Assembly (NCBI GenBank): GCA_023393915.1
Contig: JAEXBS010000096.1
Span: forward strand, 126,443 to 190,442
DNA: 64,000 nt
Source: Bacteroidota bacterium
GTDB taxonomy: Bacteria > Bacteroidota > Bacteroidia > Flavobacteriales > Weeksellaceae
Reading direction: 5' to 3'
In this document: positions 40,904 to 50,684 of the stretch, piece after piece
How positions within the stretch are numbered: the stretch's first letter is position 1
How the letters are laid out: each line of letters starts with the position of its first letter
The notes under the pieces: generated by a model
Told to the model about the DNA's origin: nothing
Databases searched by the model: none
The model's input: the letters and a program-made list of their open reading frames with translations, nothing else
Program-made: the position numbers and the translations under genes

Positions 40904-42574
40904 TTAGTTCATTTCAAGGAAGTAGTTTCTTAATACTTGTGCATTTTCGTTTTCGCGCGTATTAATTTCTAGAATTTTTGGTCGTGTTGAGGGCTGGAAA
41001 AATAGGTCCAGTACTCTTTCTAAAGATTCTTCATTTTCTACGAAACTATACTCAAAATTGAAATGTGCAGCCAAATGCTTAGCGTTTTTTGTATGCTTTG
41101 TTGCAATGAACTCATCAAGGACGTTTTCATTTGCTCTATCTGGACCAGGAATAATTTTAAATATATTTCCTTCACCATTGTTGATAACAATGATTCTTGT
41201 GTAAGGAGGAATGTATTGATTCCATAAAGCATTGATATCATAAAAGAAACCAAGTTCACCTGTAATTAATAGGGTAGGTGAATCCGATTTTATTGCGTAG
41301 CCCATGGCTGTGGAGCTTGAGCCATCGATTCCACTTGTGCCTCTATTACAATGTACTGGCCAAGAAGAAAAATCAAATAATTGAGCATAGCGAATGGCAG
41401 AACTGTTAGAGAAATGGACGTGGTATTCTTTAGGAATGCTTGTAGATAGATTTGAAAATATTTGAAAATCGGAATAAGGTGCTTTGGGAAGAAAATTACT
41501 ATGTTTCTGATCTTTCTTTTCACGTAGTTGGTCCCACAGGTTATAGTACGCGGCGGGTTCCAGACTTACCGAAGGTATCAGTTTGGAAAAAAACAGCTCG
41601 GGTTTCACTTTGATCGAGTGGGAAAGCGAGAAATAGGTATCGGGGTGCCAATGCTCATCCACATGCCAATGCTCAGGTATGGGATTGGAACGTAGGAATT
41701 GTTTTACCTTTTTGGAGACTACGTTTTGTCCGATAGTTATTAATAAATCAGGCTTAAATTGAGCGTAATCTTCCTGAGTGAAGTTATAGATGTATCGATC
41801 AATGTGATGAAAAAACTTCACGTTCTTTAAATTCGAAGTGGTTTCACAAAGCACTACAACAGAATGGTTTTTAACAAGCAGTGATAAATAACTTTCTAAT
41901 TGTTCGCTAGGGTCCTTGGTTCCAACAAGAATGAGAATCCTTTTAGAAAGGTTCCACTTTGCGATTAGTGGGGCACCTAATTCGAATTTTCTTTCAGGAT
42001 GCACTGAATCAATGCTCGGGTAAAAGGGGAGTTCGTTGACCAAGTCGTATAAAGGCTCGGCTAGGGGCACATTGATATGCACTGGTCCTTTTTTCTCAAA
42101 ACATAGTTCGATAGCTTTTTTTAACATGTCCCAGTTGGACTCTTGTGCCTCTGTATCCTCCTCTTCTTGCAGTTGAAAATCACCGTACGAATGTTGAGAA
42201 AACAATTCGTTTTGTCGAATTGTTTGACCGTCAAATATATCGATGTAATCTTTTGGGCGGTCCGCTGTGATAAGTAGTAAAGGGACGTTTTGATAAAAAG
42301 CTTCTGTAACCGCTGGGTAATAGTTGGCTGCTGCAGAACCTGAAGTACAAGTTAGGACTACAGGCATATTGGTAGATTTAGCCATTCCTAGAGCTACAAA
42401 TCCAGCGCTTCTTTCGTCCACAATGCTATAGGAATTAAACCCCTCCATTTCTCCAAACTGAATGGCAAGCGGTGCATTTCTTGATCCTGGTGAGATGACC
42501 ACATTGTGTATTCCATACTCTTTTAGAATATGAGTAATAAGTTGCACACTTCTTATGGAGGAGTATTTTTTCAT
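40904..42574 (-). CDS. menD: SEPHCHC synthase (menaquinone biosynthesis)
   Basis: SPGSRNAPL, DERSAGF, CTSGSA, TADRP, NRGTSGIDG; start moved to ATG 42574. Confidence 0.95.
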   Translation of the reverse strand: MKKYSSIRSVQLITHILKEYGIHNVVISPGSRNAPLAIQFGEMEGFNSYSIVDERSAGFVALGMAKSTNMPVVLTCTSGSAAANYYPAVTEAFYQNVPLLLITADRPKDYIDIFDGQTIRQNELFSQHSYGDFQLQEEEDTEAQESNWDMLKKAIELCFEKKGPVHINVPLAEPLYDLVNELPFYPSIDSVHPERKFELGAPLIAKWNLSKRILILVGTKDPSEQLESYLSLLVKNHSVVVLCETTSNLKNVKFFHHIDRYIYNFTQEDYAQFKPDLLITIGQNVVSKKVKQFLRSNPIPEHWHVDEHWHPDTYFSLSHSIKVKPELFFSKLIPSVSLEPAAYYNLWDQLREKKDQKHSNFLPKAPYSDFQIFSNLSTSIPKEYHVHFSNSSAIRYAQLFDFSSWPVHCNRGTSGIDGSSSTAMGYAIKSDSPTLLITGELGFFYDINALWNQYIPPYTRIIVINNGEGNIFKIIPGPDRANENVLDEFIATKHTKNAKHLAAHFNFEYSFVENEESLERVLDLFFQPSTRPKILEINTRENENAQVLRNYFLEMN

Positions 42575-42653
42575 AGTGACAAATGTAGTAGTTTTTAAGG
42601 CCTTTAGAAAAAAATTGGGTAGAGTTTCATTGCGTTTTGCAAAAAACAATAAT

Positions 42654-42682
42654 AAAAAAAAACCGCGCTCTTAAAAACGCGG
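42654..42682 (-). terminator. Intrinsic terminator after clpC
   Basis: Minus strand CCGCGTTT-ttaa-GAGCGCGG followed by T9. Confidence 0.75.
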
Positions 42683-42704
42683 ATTTAAAAAATATATTTA
42701 CGAT

Positions 42705-45230
42705 TTATACTTTCTCTTTTTTGATCTTTGAATCTTTTTTTGTTTTCTCTAAACCGTCTTTTTGTTCATTCAAATCAAGAGTAATCGTTTCATTCTCTTT
42801 AATTTGTTTGTTTACTAAAAGGTCAGCTATAAGATCTTCAATGTATTTTTGAATGGCTCTTTTCAGCGGTCGTGCACCAAAATCTTTATCCCATCCTTTG
42901 TCAGCAATGAATTCCTTAGCTTCATCAGTGAGTTGAATCTTATATCCAAGCTTCTCAATTCTTGCATAGAGTTTACTAAGCTCAAGTTCGATGATCTTAC
43001 TAATATCTTCCTTGTTTAGAGAATTAAAGATGACAATATCATCAATACGATTCAAAAACTCTGGGGCAAATGCCTTCTTAAGTGCATTTTCAATCGTGGC
43101 TCTTGCTCTTGCATCGGATGTCGATTTTTTAGCTAAAGTTCCAAAACCAACGCCGTCACCAAAATCTTTGATATCTCTGGTTCCGATATTAGAGGTCAAA
43201 ATGATGATCGTGTTTCTAAAATCAATCTTTCTGCCTAGTGAATCAGTAACATGACCTTCGTCAAGGATTTGCAGCAGGATGTTGAATACATCAGGATGCG
43301 CTTTCTCGATTTCATCTAAAAGTAATACCGCATAAGGTTTTCTTCTTACAGCTTCAGTAAGTTGACCACCTTCTTCATAGCCAACATACCCCGGAGGCGC
43401 TCCTACTAATCTTGACACAGCGAATTTTTCCATGTATTCACTCATATCAATTCGAATGAGTGCTTCATCGGAATCGAATAATTCTCTGGCCATTACTTTT
43501 GCAAGTTCAGTCTTTCCGACTCCTGTAGTTCCTAAGAAGATAAAAGTTCCAATAGGTCGATTGGGATCTTTTAAACCTGCACGATTTCTTTGAATTGCTT
43601 TTACTACTTTCTTCACTGCTTCCTCTTGTCCAATTACCTTACCATTAAGCTTTTCATCCATTTGGGCTAGCTTATCTAGTTCGTTTTTCCCGACTTTGGT
43701 TACAGGAACTCCAGACATCATAGAAACCACTTCTGCCACGTTTTCTTCAGTAACGACCTCTTTCTTTTCTTTAACTTCTTTATCCCACTGGTCTTGAGCT
43801 GAAGCAAGCTCCATAGTTAATCGCTCTTCTTCATCTTTAAGTTTACGAGCTTCTAGGTAATCCTGCGCTTTCACAGCGTTCTGCTTCTTTTCCTTGATTT
43901 CTTCGATGTTTTTTTCGTGTTCGATGATTTCTGTAGGAACCTTCATGTTTTTAATGTAGACCCGGCTTCCGGCTTCATCCATCGCATCAATAGCTTTATC
44001 CGGTAAAAAACGATCAGTGATGTATCGTGAAGTCAAATTAACGCAAGCGTTTATAGCTTCCGGTGTGTAAGTGACATTATGATGTTCTTCGTATTTGTCT
44101 TTAATCTGATTTAATATGAGTACGGTTTCTTCTATGGAAGTAGGTTCCACCATGACCTTTTGGAACCTTCTCTCTAATGCTCCGTCTTTTTCAATGTATT
44201 GTCGGTATTCGTCCAATGTGGTAGCTCCAATGCATTGAATTTCTCCACGAGCTAACGCGGGCTTAAACATATTAGATGCATCTAAGCTTCCAGTGGAACT
44301 TCCCGCTCCAACGATTGTATGCAGCTCGTCAATGAAAAGTATGACGTCTCGGTTTTTTTCGAGTTCCGTCATTATCGCTTTCATTCTTTCTTCAAATTGA
44401 CCACGGTATTTTGTTCCTGCTACGAGCGACGCTAAATCTAGGGTGATCACTCTTTTTCCATAGAGAACGCGGGAAACTTTCTTTTGATGAATTCGAAGCG
44501 CAAGCCCTTCAGCGATCGCTGATTTACCTACTCCAGGTTCTCCAATGAGAAGGGGATTGTTTTTCTTTCTTCTCGAAAGAATTTGGCTAACACGTTCAAT
44601 CTCTTTTTCACGACCAATAACCGGGTCAAGCTTTCCGTCACGAGCTAGGGAAGTAAGATCTCGACCAAAATTGTCTAATGTTGGTGTTTTACTTTTAGCG
44701 CTACCTAAATTCCCAGTTGGTTTGCGCATTTGTCCGTATTCCTCTCTTTCATCGTCATCGTCGTATGCGCTCATTTTTGGTGCTTGCCCTGAATTCTTTA
44801 AAAGTGTTTGGTATTCCCTTGAAACTCTTTCATAATCTACATCGTATGCGCTTAATATACTAGAAGTCGGATCTTCAAATTTATACAGTATACCAAGTAA
44901 AAGATGAACCGTATTAATCTCTTCGCTACGGTATTGTCTGCATTCTAATTCAGCACGTTTTACTGATTGATCCGCCAATTTTGTAAGTGAAATTGCTGGG
45001 GTATCTTCCTTAAGCGGATTGATAGCTGCGGCATGAAGTGATTCTATTTTTCTTCTAATCTGTGCTAAATCAGCATCTAGGTTTTGAAGGATCTCGCGTG
45101 CCGAATTGTCCGTTTTAATCATTCCGAGAAGGAAATGTTCGGTACTTAGATGCTCACTTTTAAGTCTTAGAGCATCTTTTTTACTTTGTTTGAAAACTTT
45201 GTCCAAACCTTCTGAAAATTTATAATCCAT
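42705..45230 (-). CDS. clpC: ATP-dependent Clp protease ATP-binding subunit ClpC
   Basis: Clp N repeats, GEPGVGKS, IDELH, UVR-like middle domain, GTTGVGKT, LDEIEKAH, GARPLKR. Confidence 0.94.
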   Translation of the reverse strand: MDYKFSEGLDKVFKQSKKDALRLKSEHLSTEHFLLGMIKTDNSAREILQNLDADLAQIRRKIESLHAAAINPLKEDTPAISLTKLADQSVKRAELECRQYRSEEINTVHLLLGILYKFEDPTSSILSAYDVDYERVSREYQTLLKNSGQAPKMSAYDDDDEREEYGQMRKPTGNLGSAKSKTPTLDNFGRDLTSLARDGKLDPVIGREKEIERVSQILSRRKKNNPLLIGEPGVGKSAIAEGLALRIHQKKVSRVLYGKRVITLDLASLVAGTKYRGQFEERMKAIMTELEKNRDVILFIDELHTIVGAGSSTGSLDASNMFKPALARGEIQCIGATTLDEYRQYIEKDGALERRFQKVMVEPTSIEETVLILNQIKDKYEEHHNVTYTPEAINACVNLTSRYITDRFLPDKAIDAMDEAGSRVYIKNMKVPTEIIEHEKNIEEIKEKKQNAVKAQDYLEARKLKDEEERLTMELASAQDQWDKEVKEKKEVVTEENVAEVVSMMSGVPVTKVGKNELDKLAQMDEKLNGKVIGQEEAVKKVVKAIQRNRAGLKDPNRPIGTFIFLGTTGVGKTELAKVMARELFDSDEALIRIDMSEYMEKFAVSRLVGAPPGYVGYEEGGQLTEAVRRKPYAVLLLDEIEKAHPDVFNILLQILDEGHVTDSLGRKIDFRNTIIILTSNIGTRDIKDFGDGVGFGTLAKKSTSDARARATIENALKKAFAPEFLNRIDDIVIFNSLNKEDISKIIELELSKLYARIEKLGYKIQLTDEAKEFIADKGWDKDFGARPLKRAIQKYIEDLIADLLVNKQIKENETITLDLNEQKDGLEKTKKDSKIKKEKV

Positions 45231-45283
45231 AATTGATTCTCCAAATTATTATAGGTGATTACCACCTAACTACAATCAAAGTT

Positions 45284-45298
45284 ACAAATACTTTACCA
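45284..45298 (-). promoter_or_regulatory. Sigma54-like -24/-12 element upstream of clpC
   Basis: TGGTAAAGTATTTGT has the GG-N10-G spacing of TGGCAC-N5-TTGC; adjacent TAACTTTG -7 element at 45277-45284. Confidence 0.45.
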
Positions 45299-45382
45299 AA
45301 AGTAGTTTAATGACTTTCTGTCCGATTGGTTGTATAATTCCCATGAGAAAGCATTAACTTTGAGAACTCTAGAAATCTATTT

Positions 45383-45607
45383 ATGAGTCCTGAAATCGCG
45401 ACGTATATTGGCTATGCTGCCTCGTTTTTTATCGTTCTTAGTTTTGCGCTGCATAAGCTATATCAAGTGCGAATTGTCAACTTATTAGGATGTATATGCT
45501 TTGTAATCTATGGAGTCTATAGCGGTTACCTGTGGCCAGTTATTATTCCTAATTTACTTTTATGCTTTATTCAAGTATATTATCTATTACAGAGAAAAAG
45601 GTCCTAG
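45383..45607 (+). CDS. Small membrane protein (YgjV-like)
   Basis: IGYAASFFIVLSF...RIVNLLGCICFVIYG...WPVIIPN. Confidence 0.75.
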   Translation: MSPEIATYIGYAASFFIVLSFALHKLYQVRIVNLLGCICFVIYGVYSGYLWPVIIPNLLLCFIQVYYLLQRKRS

Positions 45608-45656
45608 AGATGAAGGAGTGAGCGTATTAAAGTGTAAACTTTTGTAATTTTGCCTT

Positions 45657-46076
45657 ATGACGATTAAAGAAAAACAAAATGAAGTAGTGGAAGATTTCCA
45701 GTTCTTAGAGGATTGGGAACAAAAATATGAATACATCATCGATCTAGGAAAGGAGTTAAAAGGTCTTCCCGAGGAAAAAAAGACGGAAGAAAATTTAATT
45801 AAAGGCTGCCAAAGCCAGGTATGGATCGATGCAGAATATTCTGAAGGAAAACTTTATTTTAATGCAGATAGTGACGGCATACTTCCTCGAGGAATCGTAT
45901 CGATGCTCGTTTCAATATATAGTGGACAGAAAGTGGAAGATATCTTAGCTTCTGATTTTGATTTTATTTCAGAGATTGGACTGCAGGAATTTCTTTCTCC
46001 GTCAAGAGCCAATGGACTTATGGCCATGACTAAGCAGATTAAATTTTATGCTGTAGCTTATCAATTAAAGTCTTGA
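45657..46076 (+). CDS. sufE: Fe-S assembly sulfur acceptor SufE
   Basis: WEQKYEYIIDLG, IKGCQSQVW, ADSD, LSPSRANGL. Confidence 0.93.
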   Translation: MTIKEKQNEVVEDFQFLEDWEQKYEYIIDLGKELKGLPEEKKTEENLIKGCQSQVWIDAEYSEGKLYFNADSDGILPRGIVSMLVSIYSGQKVEDILASDFDFISEIGLQEFLSPSRANGLMAMTKQIKFYAVAYQLKS

Positions 46077-47050
46077 CGACCATTCTTTCATATCGCTTTT
46101 CTGCATTCGGTGATGTTGCGATGTGCGTTCCCGTTCTGCAAGAATTAATTGAACAGAATCCTACTGTTGAGGTAATTTTTGTTTCCAGAAAAAGCTTTGC
46201 GCCACTTTTTGAAAAAGTTCCAGGAGTAAGATTCGTTGGAGTTAACCTAGAGGAATATAAGGGTTTTTTTGGCCTTCGTCAACTTTCAAAAAAGCTTCGT
46301 TTAGAATATCAACCAGATTTTGTAGCGGATTTGCATGATGTGATTCGAAGTAAGTTTATTAGTAGTTATTTCAAGTCTAAGGGTTATAATGTTGCAGTAC
46401 TGGATAAAGGAAAGGAAGAGAAAGAGCAATTAACGGATATTTGGAATATCGACAAAACTCAACTTAAACAAACCACTGAGCGTTACGCAGATGTTTTTCG
46501 CTCATTAGGCTTTACCTTGAAACTTTCGCATCTTTTACGACCTCTAAGTGTTGAGAGGTCTGCTATAGGATTGGCACCTTTTGCGCAGCACCAAGGTAAA
46601 ATGTTGCCACTCGAGAAATCATATAAATTAGCTGAAATTCTTTCTCAGAATGAAAAGGTGTATTTTTTTGGAGGAGGAAAGAGGGAAACGGAGATTCTTA
46701 AGGAATGGGAGAGGGCTCTACCCAACACCGAATCCTTGGCAGGAAAGCTTACTTTAAGCGAAGAATTGGAAGTTATTTCTCGCTTGAAATTTATGATTTC
46801 AATGGACTCTGCTAATATGCATTTAGCCAGTCTTATGGGTACACGATGTATTTCTATATGGGGCGCTACTCATCCATTTGCTGGTTTCTTAGGTTATGGA
46901 CAAAGTAAAAATGACGTAATCCAGGTTCAAGATCTCACCTGCAGGCCGTGCTCTGTTTTTGGTGATAAAGAGTGCTATCGCGGCGATTATGCATGTTTGA
47001 TGGAGCTTGATAGTGAGCGAATAGCTACTATTATGCAAAATTCATTGTAA
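46073..47050 (+). CDS. Glycosyltransferase family 9 (heptosyltransferase-like)
   Basis: RFSAFGDV, DLH, SMDSANMHLA, IWGATHP, CRPCS..G...C; TTG start overlapping the sufE stop. Confidence 0.9.
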   Translation: MTTILSYRFSAFGDVAMCVPVLQELIEQNPTVEVIFVSRKSFAPLFEKVPGVRFVGVNLEEYKGFFGLRQLSKKLRLEYQPDFVADLHDVIRSKFISSYFKSKGYNVAVLDKGKEEKEQLTDIWNIDKTQLKQTTERYADVFRSLGFTLKLSHLLRPLSVERSAIGLAPFAQHQGKMLPLEKSYKLAEILSQNEKVYFFGGGKRETEILKEWERALPNTESLAGKLTLSEELEVISRLKFMISMDSANMHLASLMGTRCISIWGATHPFAGFLGYGQSKNDVIQVQDLTCRPCSVFGDKECYRGDYACLMELDSERIATIMQNSL

Positions 47051-47110
47051 ATTCACTTTACTCCTATAGTAAATTTTTTAATAAGTCTCTGGTTTCGACA
47101 GTTTTAAATC

Positions 47111-47137
47111 AAAATCTCGCAGAAATTGCGAGATTTT
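47111..47137. terminator. Terminator hairpin downstream of the tRNA-Val pair
   Basis: AAAATCTCGCA-gaaat-TGCGAGATTTT. Confidence 0.75.
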
Positions 47138-47145
47138 ATAATTTG

Positions 47146-47220
47146 TGGGCGGTACTGGGCTCGAACCAGCGACCTCTGCGATGTCAGCGCAACGCTCTGA
47201 ACCAACTGAGCTAACCGCCC
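47146..47220 (-). tRNA. tRNA-Val(GAC)
   Basis: GGGCGGT acceptor stem, AGCTCAGTTGGTTCAGAGC D-arm, TTGCG-CT GAC AT-CGCAG anticodon arm, GGTTCGAGCCC T-arm; CCA not encoded. Confidence 0.95.
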
Positions 47221-47224
47221 GGAC

Positions 47225-47255
47225 AAAAAAAAACTTCAACTTATGTTGAAGTTTT
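47225..47255 (-). terminator. Terminator-like hairpin between the two tRNA genes
   Basis: Minus strand AAAACTTCAAC-ataa-GTTGAAG followed by T9. Confidence 0.6.
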
Positions 47256-47256
47256 G

Positions 47257-47331
47257 TGGGTCCTGAGGGATTCGAACCCCCGACCCTCTGGGTGTAAACC
47301 AGATGCTCTGAACCAACTGAGCTAAGAACCC
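47257..47331 (-). tRNA. tRNA-Val(TAC)
   Basis: GGGTTCT acceptor stem, TCTGG-TT TAC AC-CCAGA anticodon arm, GGTTCGAATCCC T-arm; CCA not encoded. Confidence 0.95.
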
Positions 47332-47346
47332 TTATTTTTGGTTGGG

Positions 47347-47377
47347 CAAATATACAACCTTTTTTAATTTTCACAAA
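47347..47377 (-). promoter_or_regulatory. Consensus Bacteroidota -33/-7 promoter for the tRNA pair
   Basis: TTTG (47377-47374) - 19 nt - TATATTTG (47354-47347). Confidence 0.8.
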
Positions 47378-48636
47378 TTTTTTTGCAAAAATTCGCCTAC
47401 AACAAAATTGCTACCACCAATAAAAATCATTTCCTTCTCTGTAATGTTCTTTAAAGCAGCTAGATAGGCGTTTTGTACAGAGTCAAAAATTTCATAGTCA
47501 ATTTTAGAAATTTTTAGAAGATTTTCATATTCTCTAGGATTTCGACCTCTAGAAATGTCAGGAGGAGCAAAATAGTACTTTGAATTGGAAGGTAAAATCA
47601 TCAAAACTTCATTAATATCCTTATCCTTTACAAAACCTAGTACGATATGCTTGAATCGATTTAAAGATTCTAGTTGCTTAAAAACCTCTATTAAGCCTGC
47701 GTGGTTATGAGCGGTATCGCATATAATTAAAGGATCTTTTGATATTTCGTGCCAACGACCCAAGAAATTGGTCGTTTCTTGCACGTGTAATAAACCTTGT
47801 TCTAAAGCTTTGTCACTTATGTCAAGGCCTAGTTTTTTTAATTCTTGAACTAAGCCAAATACGAGCTTAAGATTCATATGTTGATAACTACCCTTCAGGT
47901 CGGTTGAAAAAGGAGCTTCTATATTATCAGTAAAATAGATTGGTGCGTTTTTACTTGAGGCAACATCTTGAAGGACCGTTTTTATGTTACTTGATTTTTC
48001 ACCAGTAAGAATCGGAATTCCTTGCTTAATAATTCCCGCTTTTTCAAAAGCTATTTTTTCTTTAGTCTCGCCTAAGAGGTCCGTGTGATCCAGCGCCACG
48101 TTAGTAATGGCTGTTAGTAAAGGTGTAATGATATTAGTTGAATCTAATCTTCCCCCAAGACCAACTTCAATTATTGCATAGTCCACTTTTGTTTCGCGGA
48201 AGTATTCAAAAGCCATTACGGTGGTGAATTCAAAGAAAGAAGGTCGGATGCTAGTAGGAAGCTCTTTAAGTCGTTGAATAAAGCGGTATACAAACGCTCT
48301 TGGAGCCTCTTGACCATTTACTTTAATCCTTTCCGTAAATTCGATTAAATGGGGTGATGTGTAAAGTCCCACATTGTAGCCTGCCTTTTGTAAAATAGAC
48401 GATAACATATGAGACGTTGATCCTTTGCCATTGGTGCCTCCAATGTGGATCATCTTTAGATCAAGATGGGGATTCCCGAAAAAATCGCACAGTTTTTCAA
48501 TATTTTCAAGACCTGGTTTGTAGGCCTTTTTTCCATCAATTTGGTAATTTGGCATTTGCTGATAGAGCCAATCTAGTTCTGCTTGGTACTCTTTATCAGT
48601 GAATTTATTAGGATTTAATGGATCTTGTGCTTTCAT
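47371..48636 (-). CDS. folC: Folylpolyglutamate synthase / dihydrofolate synthase
   Basis: GTNGKGS, YTSPHL, EVGLGGRLDSTN, EKAGIIK, DTAHN. Confidence 0.95.
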   Translation of the reverse strand: MKAQDPLNPNKFTDKEYQAELDWLYQQMPNYQIDGKKAYKPGLENIEKLCDFFGNPHLDLKMIHIGGTNGKGSTSHMLSSILQKAGYNVGLYTSPHLIEFTERIKVNGQEAPRAFVYRFIQRLKELPTSIRPSFFEFTTVMAFEYFRETKVDYAIIEVGLGGRLDSTNIITPLLTAITNVALDHTDLLGETKEKIAFEKAGIIKQGIPILTGEKSSNIKTVLQDVASSKNAPIYFTDNIEAPFSTDLKGSYQHMNLKLVFGLVQELKKLGLDISDKALEQGLLHVQETTNFLGRWHEISKDPLIICDTAHNHAGLIEVFKQLESLNRFKHIVLGFVKDKDINEVLMILPSNSKYYFAPPDISRGRNPREYENLLKISKIDYEIFDSVQNAYLAALKNITEKEMIFIGGSNFVVGEFLQKNL

Positions 48637-49472
48637 TAAAAAGTAATGCGATAGGTCCCTGTTGAAGAGGTACTGCTCGCTTCAGCTTTCACGTATTTCT
48701 TTACCCAGTCAACGGAGGTTGAACTTATGCATGGATCTGAAATACCCGAGCTTCTTCTTGCGGAAGTTACATCTCCAGATTTGTTAACCGTATAAGCAAT
48801 GGTGATGGTTCCAGAGGCGGCACAGCTGTGTGAAGGTTGAGCTCCGCCTCGTCCCATGGTTCCAGGGATAAAGGATATTAGTTTTCTATCTACTCCTATT
48901 TTACTGTCTCCTGAACTGCTTCCTCCCAGTGGGTCTCCTTGGTTGCCTGTACTGCCCTGAGTTCCTTGTGAACCCGTTGCTTTTCCTCTGCCTCGAATAA
49001 GGTTTCCAATTGCGGCAGTTCCTTTCGCATCTCCTTTATTGGCTGAGGTTGAAGCTGCGCTTTTGGTTGATGTGCTGCTTTTCTTGGTTGGTGATTTCGT
49101 AGGCGTAATAGGTTTTACTGTAGATTTTTTATTTTCAATTTTACTTGCGGAGGAAGTCGTACTTGTGCCTAGTAAAACTTTTTGCTGTTCAACCGGAGTA
49201 GATGTGTTTTCAGGGGCCTCGTTTATTTCTAAAGGATTTTCCATAGCTAGGGCAGAACCTTCTTGATTGGCAGGTTCTTCCAGCCCATCACCGTTTTGCT
49301 CATCTCCAAAATTAATGAGCATAGTGGTTACTAATTGCTCTGCCGGAATCCATCTGGAGAATTTATAGAAATACAGAGCTATAAGAGTTGCGATAGAGAA
49401 GAAAAGGGTGATGATCAGACTTTTTTGTCGATCTTTCCTCTCTTTTTCTTCCCTATTAATACTATAAGACAT
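48636..49472 (-). CDS. TonB/TolA-like energy transducer
   Basis: Single N-terminal TM, long S/T/K/G-rich linker, C-terminal GTITIAYTVNKSGDVTSA...GTYRITF; follows exbBD. Confidence 0.8.
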   Translation of the reverse strand: MSYSINREEKERKDRQKSLIITLFFSIATLIALYFYKFSRWIPAEQLVTTMLINFGDEQNGDGLEEPANQEGSALAMENPLEINEAPENTSTPVEQQKVLLGTSTTSSASKIENKKSTVKPITPTKSPTKKSSTSTKSAASTSANKGDAKGTAAIGNLIRGRGKATGSQGTQGSTGNQGDPLGGSSSGDSKIGVDRKLISFIPGTMGRGGAQPSHSCAASGTITIAYTVNKSGDVTSARRSSGISDPCISSTSVDWVKKYVKAEASSTSSTGTYRITF

Positions 49473-49870
49473 TATTCTTTTTGTAAAGTGGCTATAGCCA
49501 AGTTAAATTTGTGCTTTTCAGCAATTTCCATTGCAAATACTACATCTCCGTGCTTGGTGTTCTGATCAGCACGGATTGTAAATGTTGGACTGGGTTGCCC
49601 TTTTAGTACATTCACCAAATGCTGTTCCAATTCTTCTCTTGGGATCTCTTTATCGTTAATGTAAAATATCCCTTCCTCGTTGATTGTAACGGTAGTAGGA
49701 TCCTGAGCGCTTGCATTAGTAGTGGAAGCCTGAGGTAGTTTTACATCTATAGAACTTTGCGCGATGGCAGAACTAGTGATCATGAAAAAGATCAATAATA
49801 AAAAGATGATGTCCGTCATCGAGGCCATGCTGAACTCAGCAGAGACTCTGTTTCTGCGTTTAAGTTCCAT
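49472..49870 (-). CDS. exbD: Biopolymer transport protein ExbD/TolR
   Basis: SMTDIIFLLLIFFM, VKLP, IRAD. Confidence 0.9.
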   Translation of the reverse strand: MELKRRNRVSAEFSMASMTDIIFLLLIFFMITSSAIAQSSIDVKLPQASTTNASAQDPTTVTINEEGIFYINDKEIPREELEQHLVNVLKGQPSPTFTIRADQNTKHGDVVFAMEIAEKHKFNLAIATLQKE

Positions 49871-50634
49871 TATAGAGGCTGATTTAAGGTGTCAAGAAAA
49901 TCGTTTACGTGGGTCTGAATTTTCAGAACCATTCGATCTACTTGTGTAACTAAGAAATTATAAAAGAAGTATGCTGGTATCCCAATGAAAAGACCAGCTG
50001 CGGTTGTGGCCATTGCTGTATAAATTCCAGAAGCAAGAAGTTTAGGACTTACTGCGCCGGTCACATTGGAAATCTCAAAAAACGCCATAATCATACCTAT
50101 TACGGTTCCTAAGAAACCAAGCATTGGCGCAGCACCAGAGGCAGAAGCCAGAATATTAAGATTTTTTTCCAGTTTAGATACTTCTAATTGACCTTGATTT
50201 TGCATTGCGTTAGAAATGTCAGAAATGGGTCTACCGATTCGGGCAATCCCCTTTTCAATCATTCTTGATTCTGGAGAATCAATGGAGCGGCAGTAGTCGA
50301 TTGCCGTTTGAATTTTTCCTTCTTGAACAAAATCTTTGATATTATTTAAAAAATCTGGAGTTTCTTTTGAGGATCTTTTGAGGAAAAAATACCTCTCGAG
50401 GAAAATATAAAGAGAAATAACTCCTAGTAAGAAAATCAGAATCATGATGGTATTACCGATCCAACCTCCAGAGGTTAGAATTTCCCAAAGGGAAAATACT
50501 TGTTCTTGCGCTTGCTCTGGTGCAAGTGACTGAGAAGTTGCAGAGGTTACAGTGTCTACTACTATACTGTTATTGGCAGGTGTACTCATTACCTCAGTGG
50601 TACTATATTGGCTTATGTTCGTGCTATCTTGCAT
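49870..50634 (-). CDS. exbB: MotA/TolQ/ExbB proton channel protein
   Basis: APMLGFLGTVIGMI, GIYTAMATTAAGL. Confidence 0.9.
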   Translation of the reverse strand: MQDSTNISQYSTTEVMSTPANNSIVVDTVTSATSQSLAPEQAQEQVFSLWEILTSGGWIGNTIMILIFLLGVISLYIFLERYFFLKRSSKETPDFLNNIKDFVQEGKIQTAIDYCRSIDSPESRMIEKGIARIGRPISDISNAMQNQGQLEVSKLEKNLNILASASGAAPMLGFLGTVIGMIMAFFEISNVTGAVSPKLLASGIYTAMATTAAGLFIGIPAYFFYNFLVTQVDRMVLKIQTHVNDFLDTLNQPL

Positions 50635-50684
50635 AAATATATTTTTATGTGGTTGGTTTCTTTGGCTCCCAAATACTTTTGTTC

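Noticed and set aside
47051..47340. tRNA pair as a possible island integration site
   Set aside because: No integrase, no duplicated tRNA 3' end seen, and the flanks are housekeeping genes
47078..47374. 98-aa ORF after folC
   Set aside because: It is a translation of the two tRNA-Val genes
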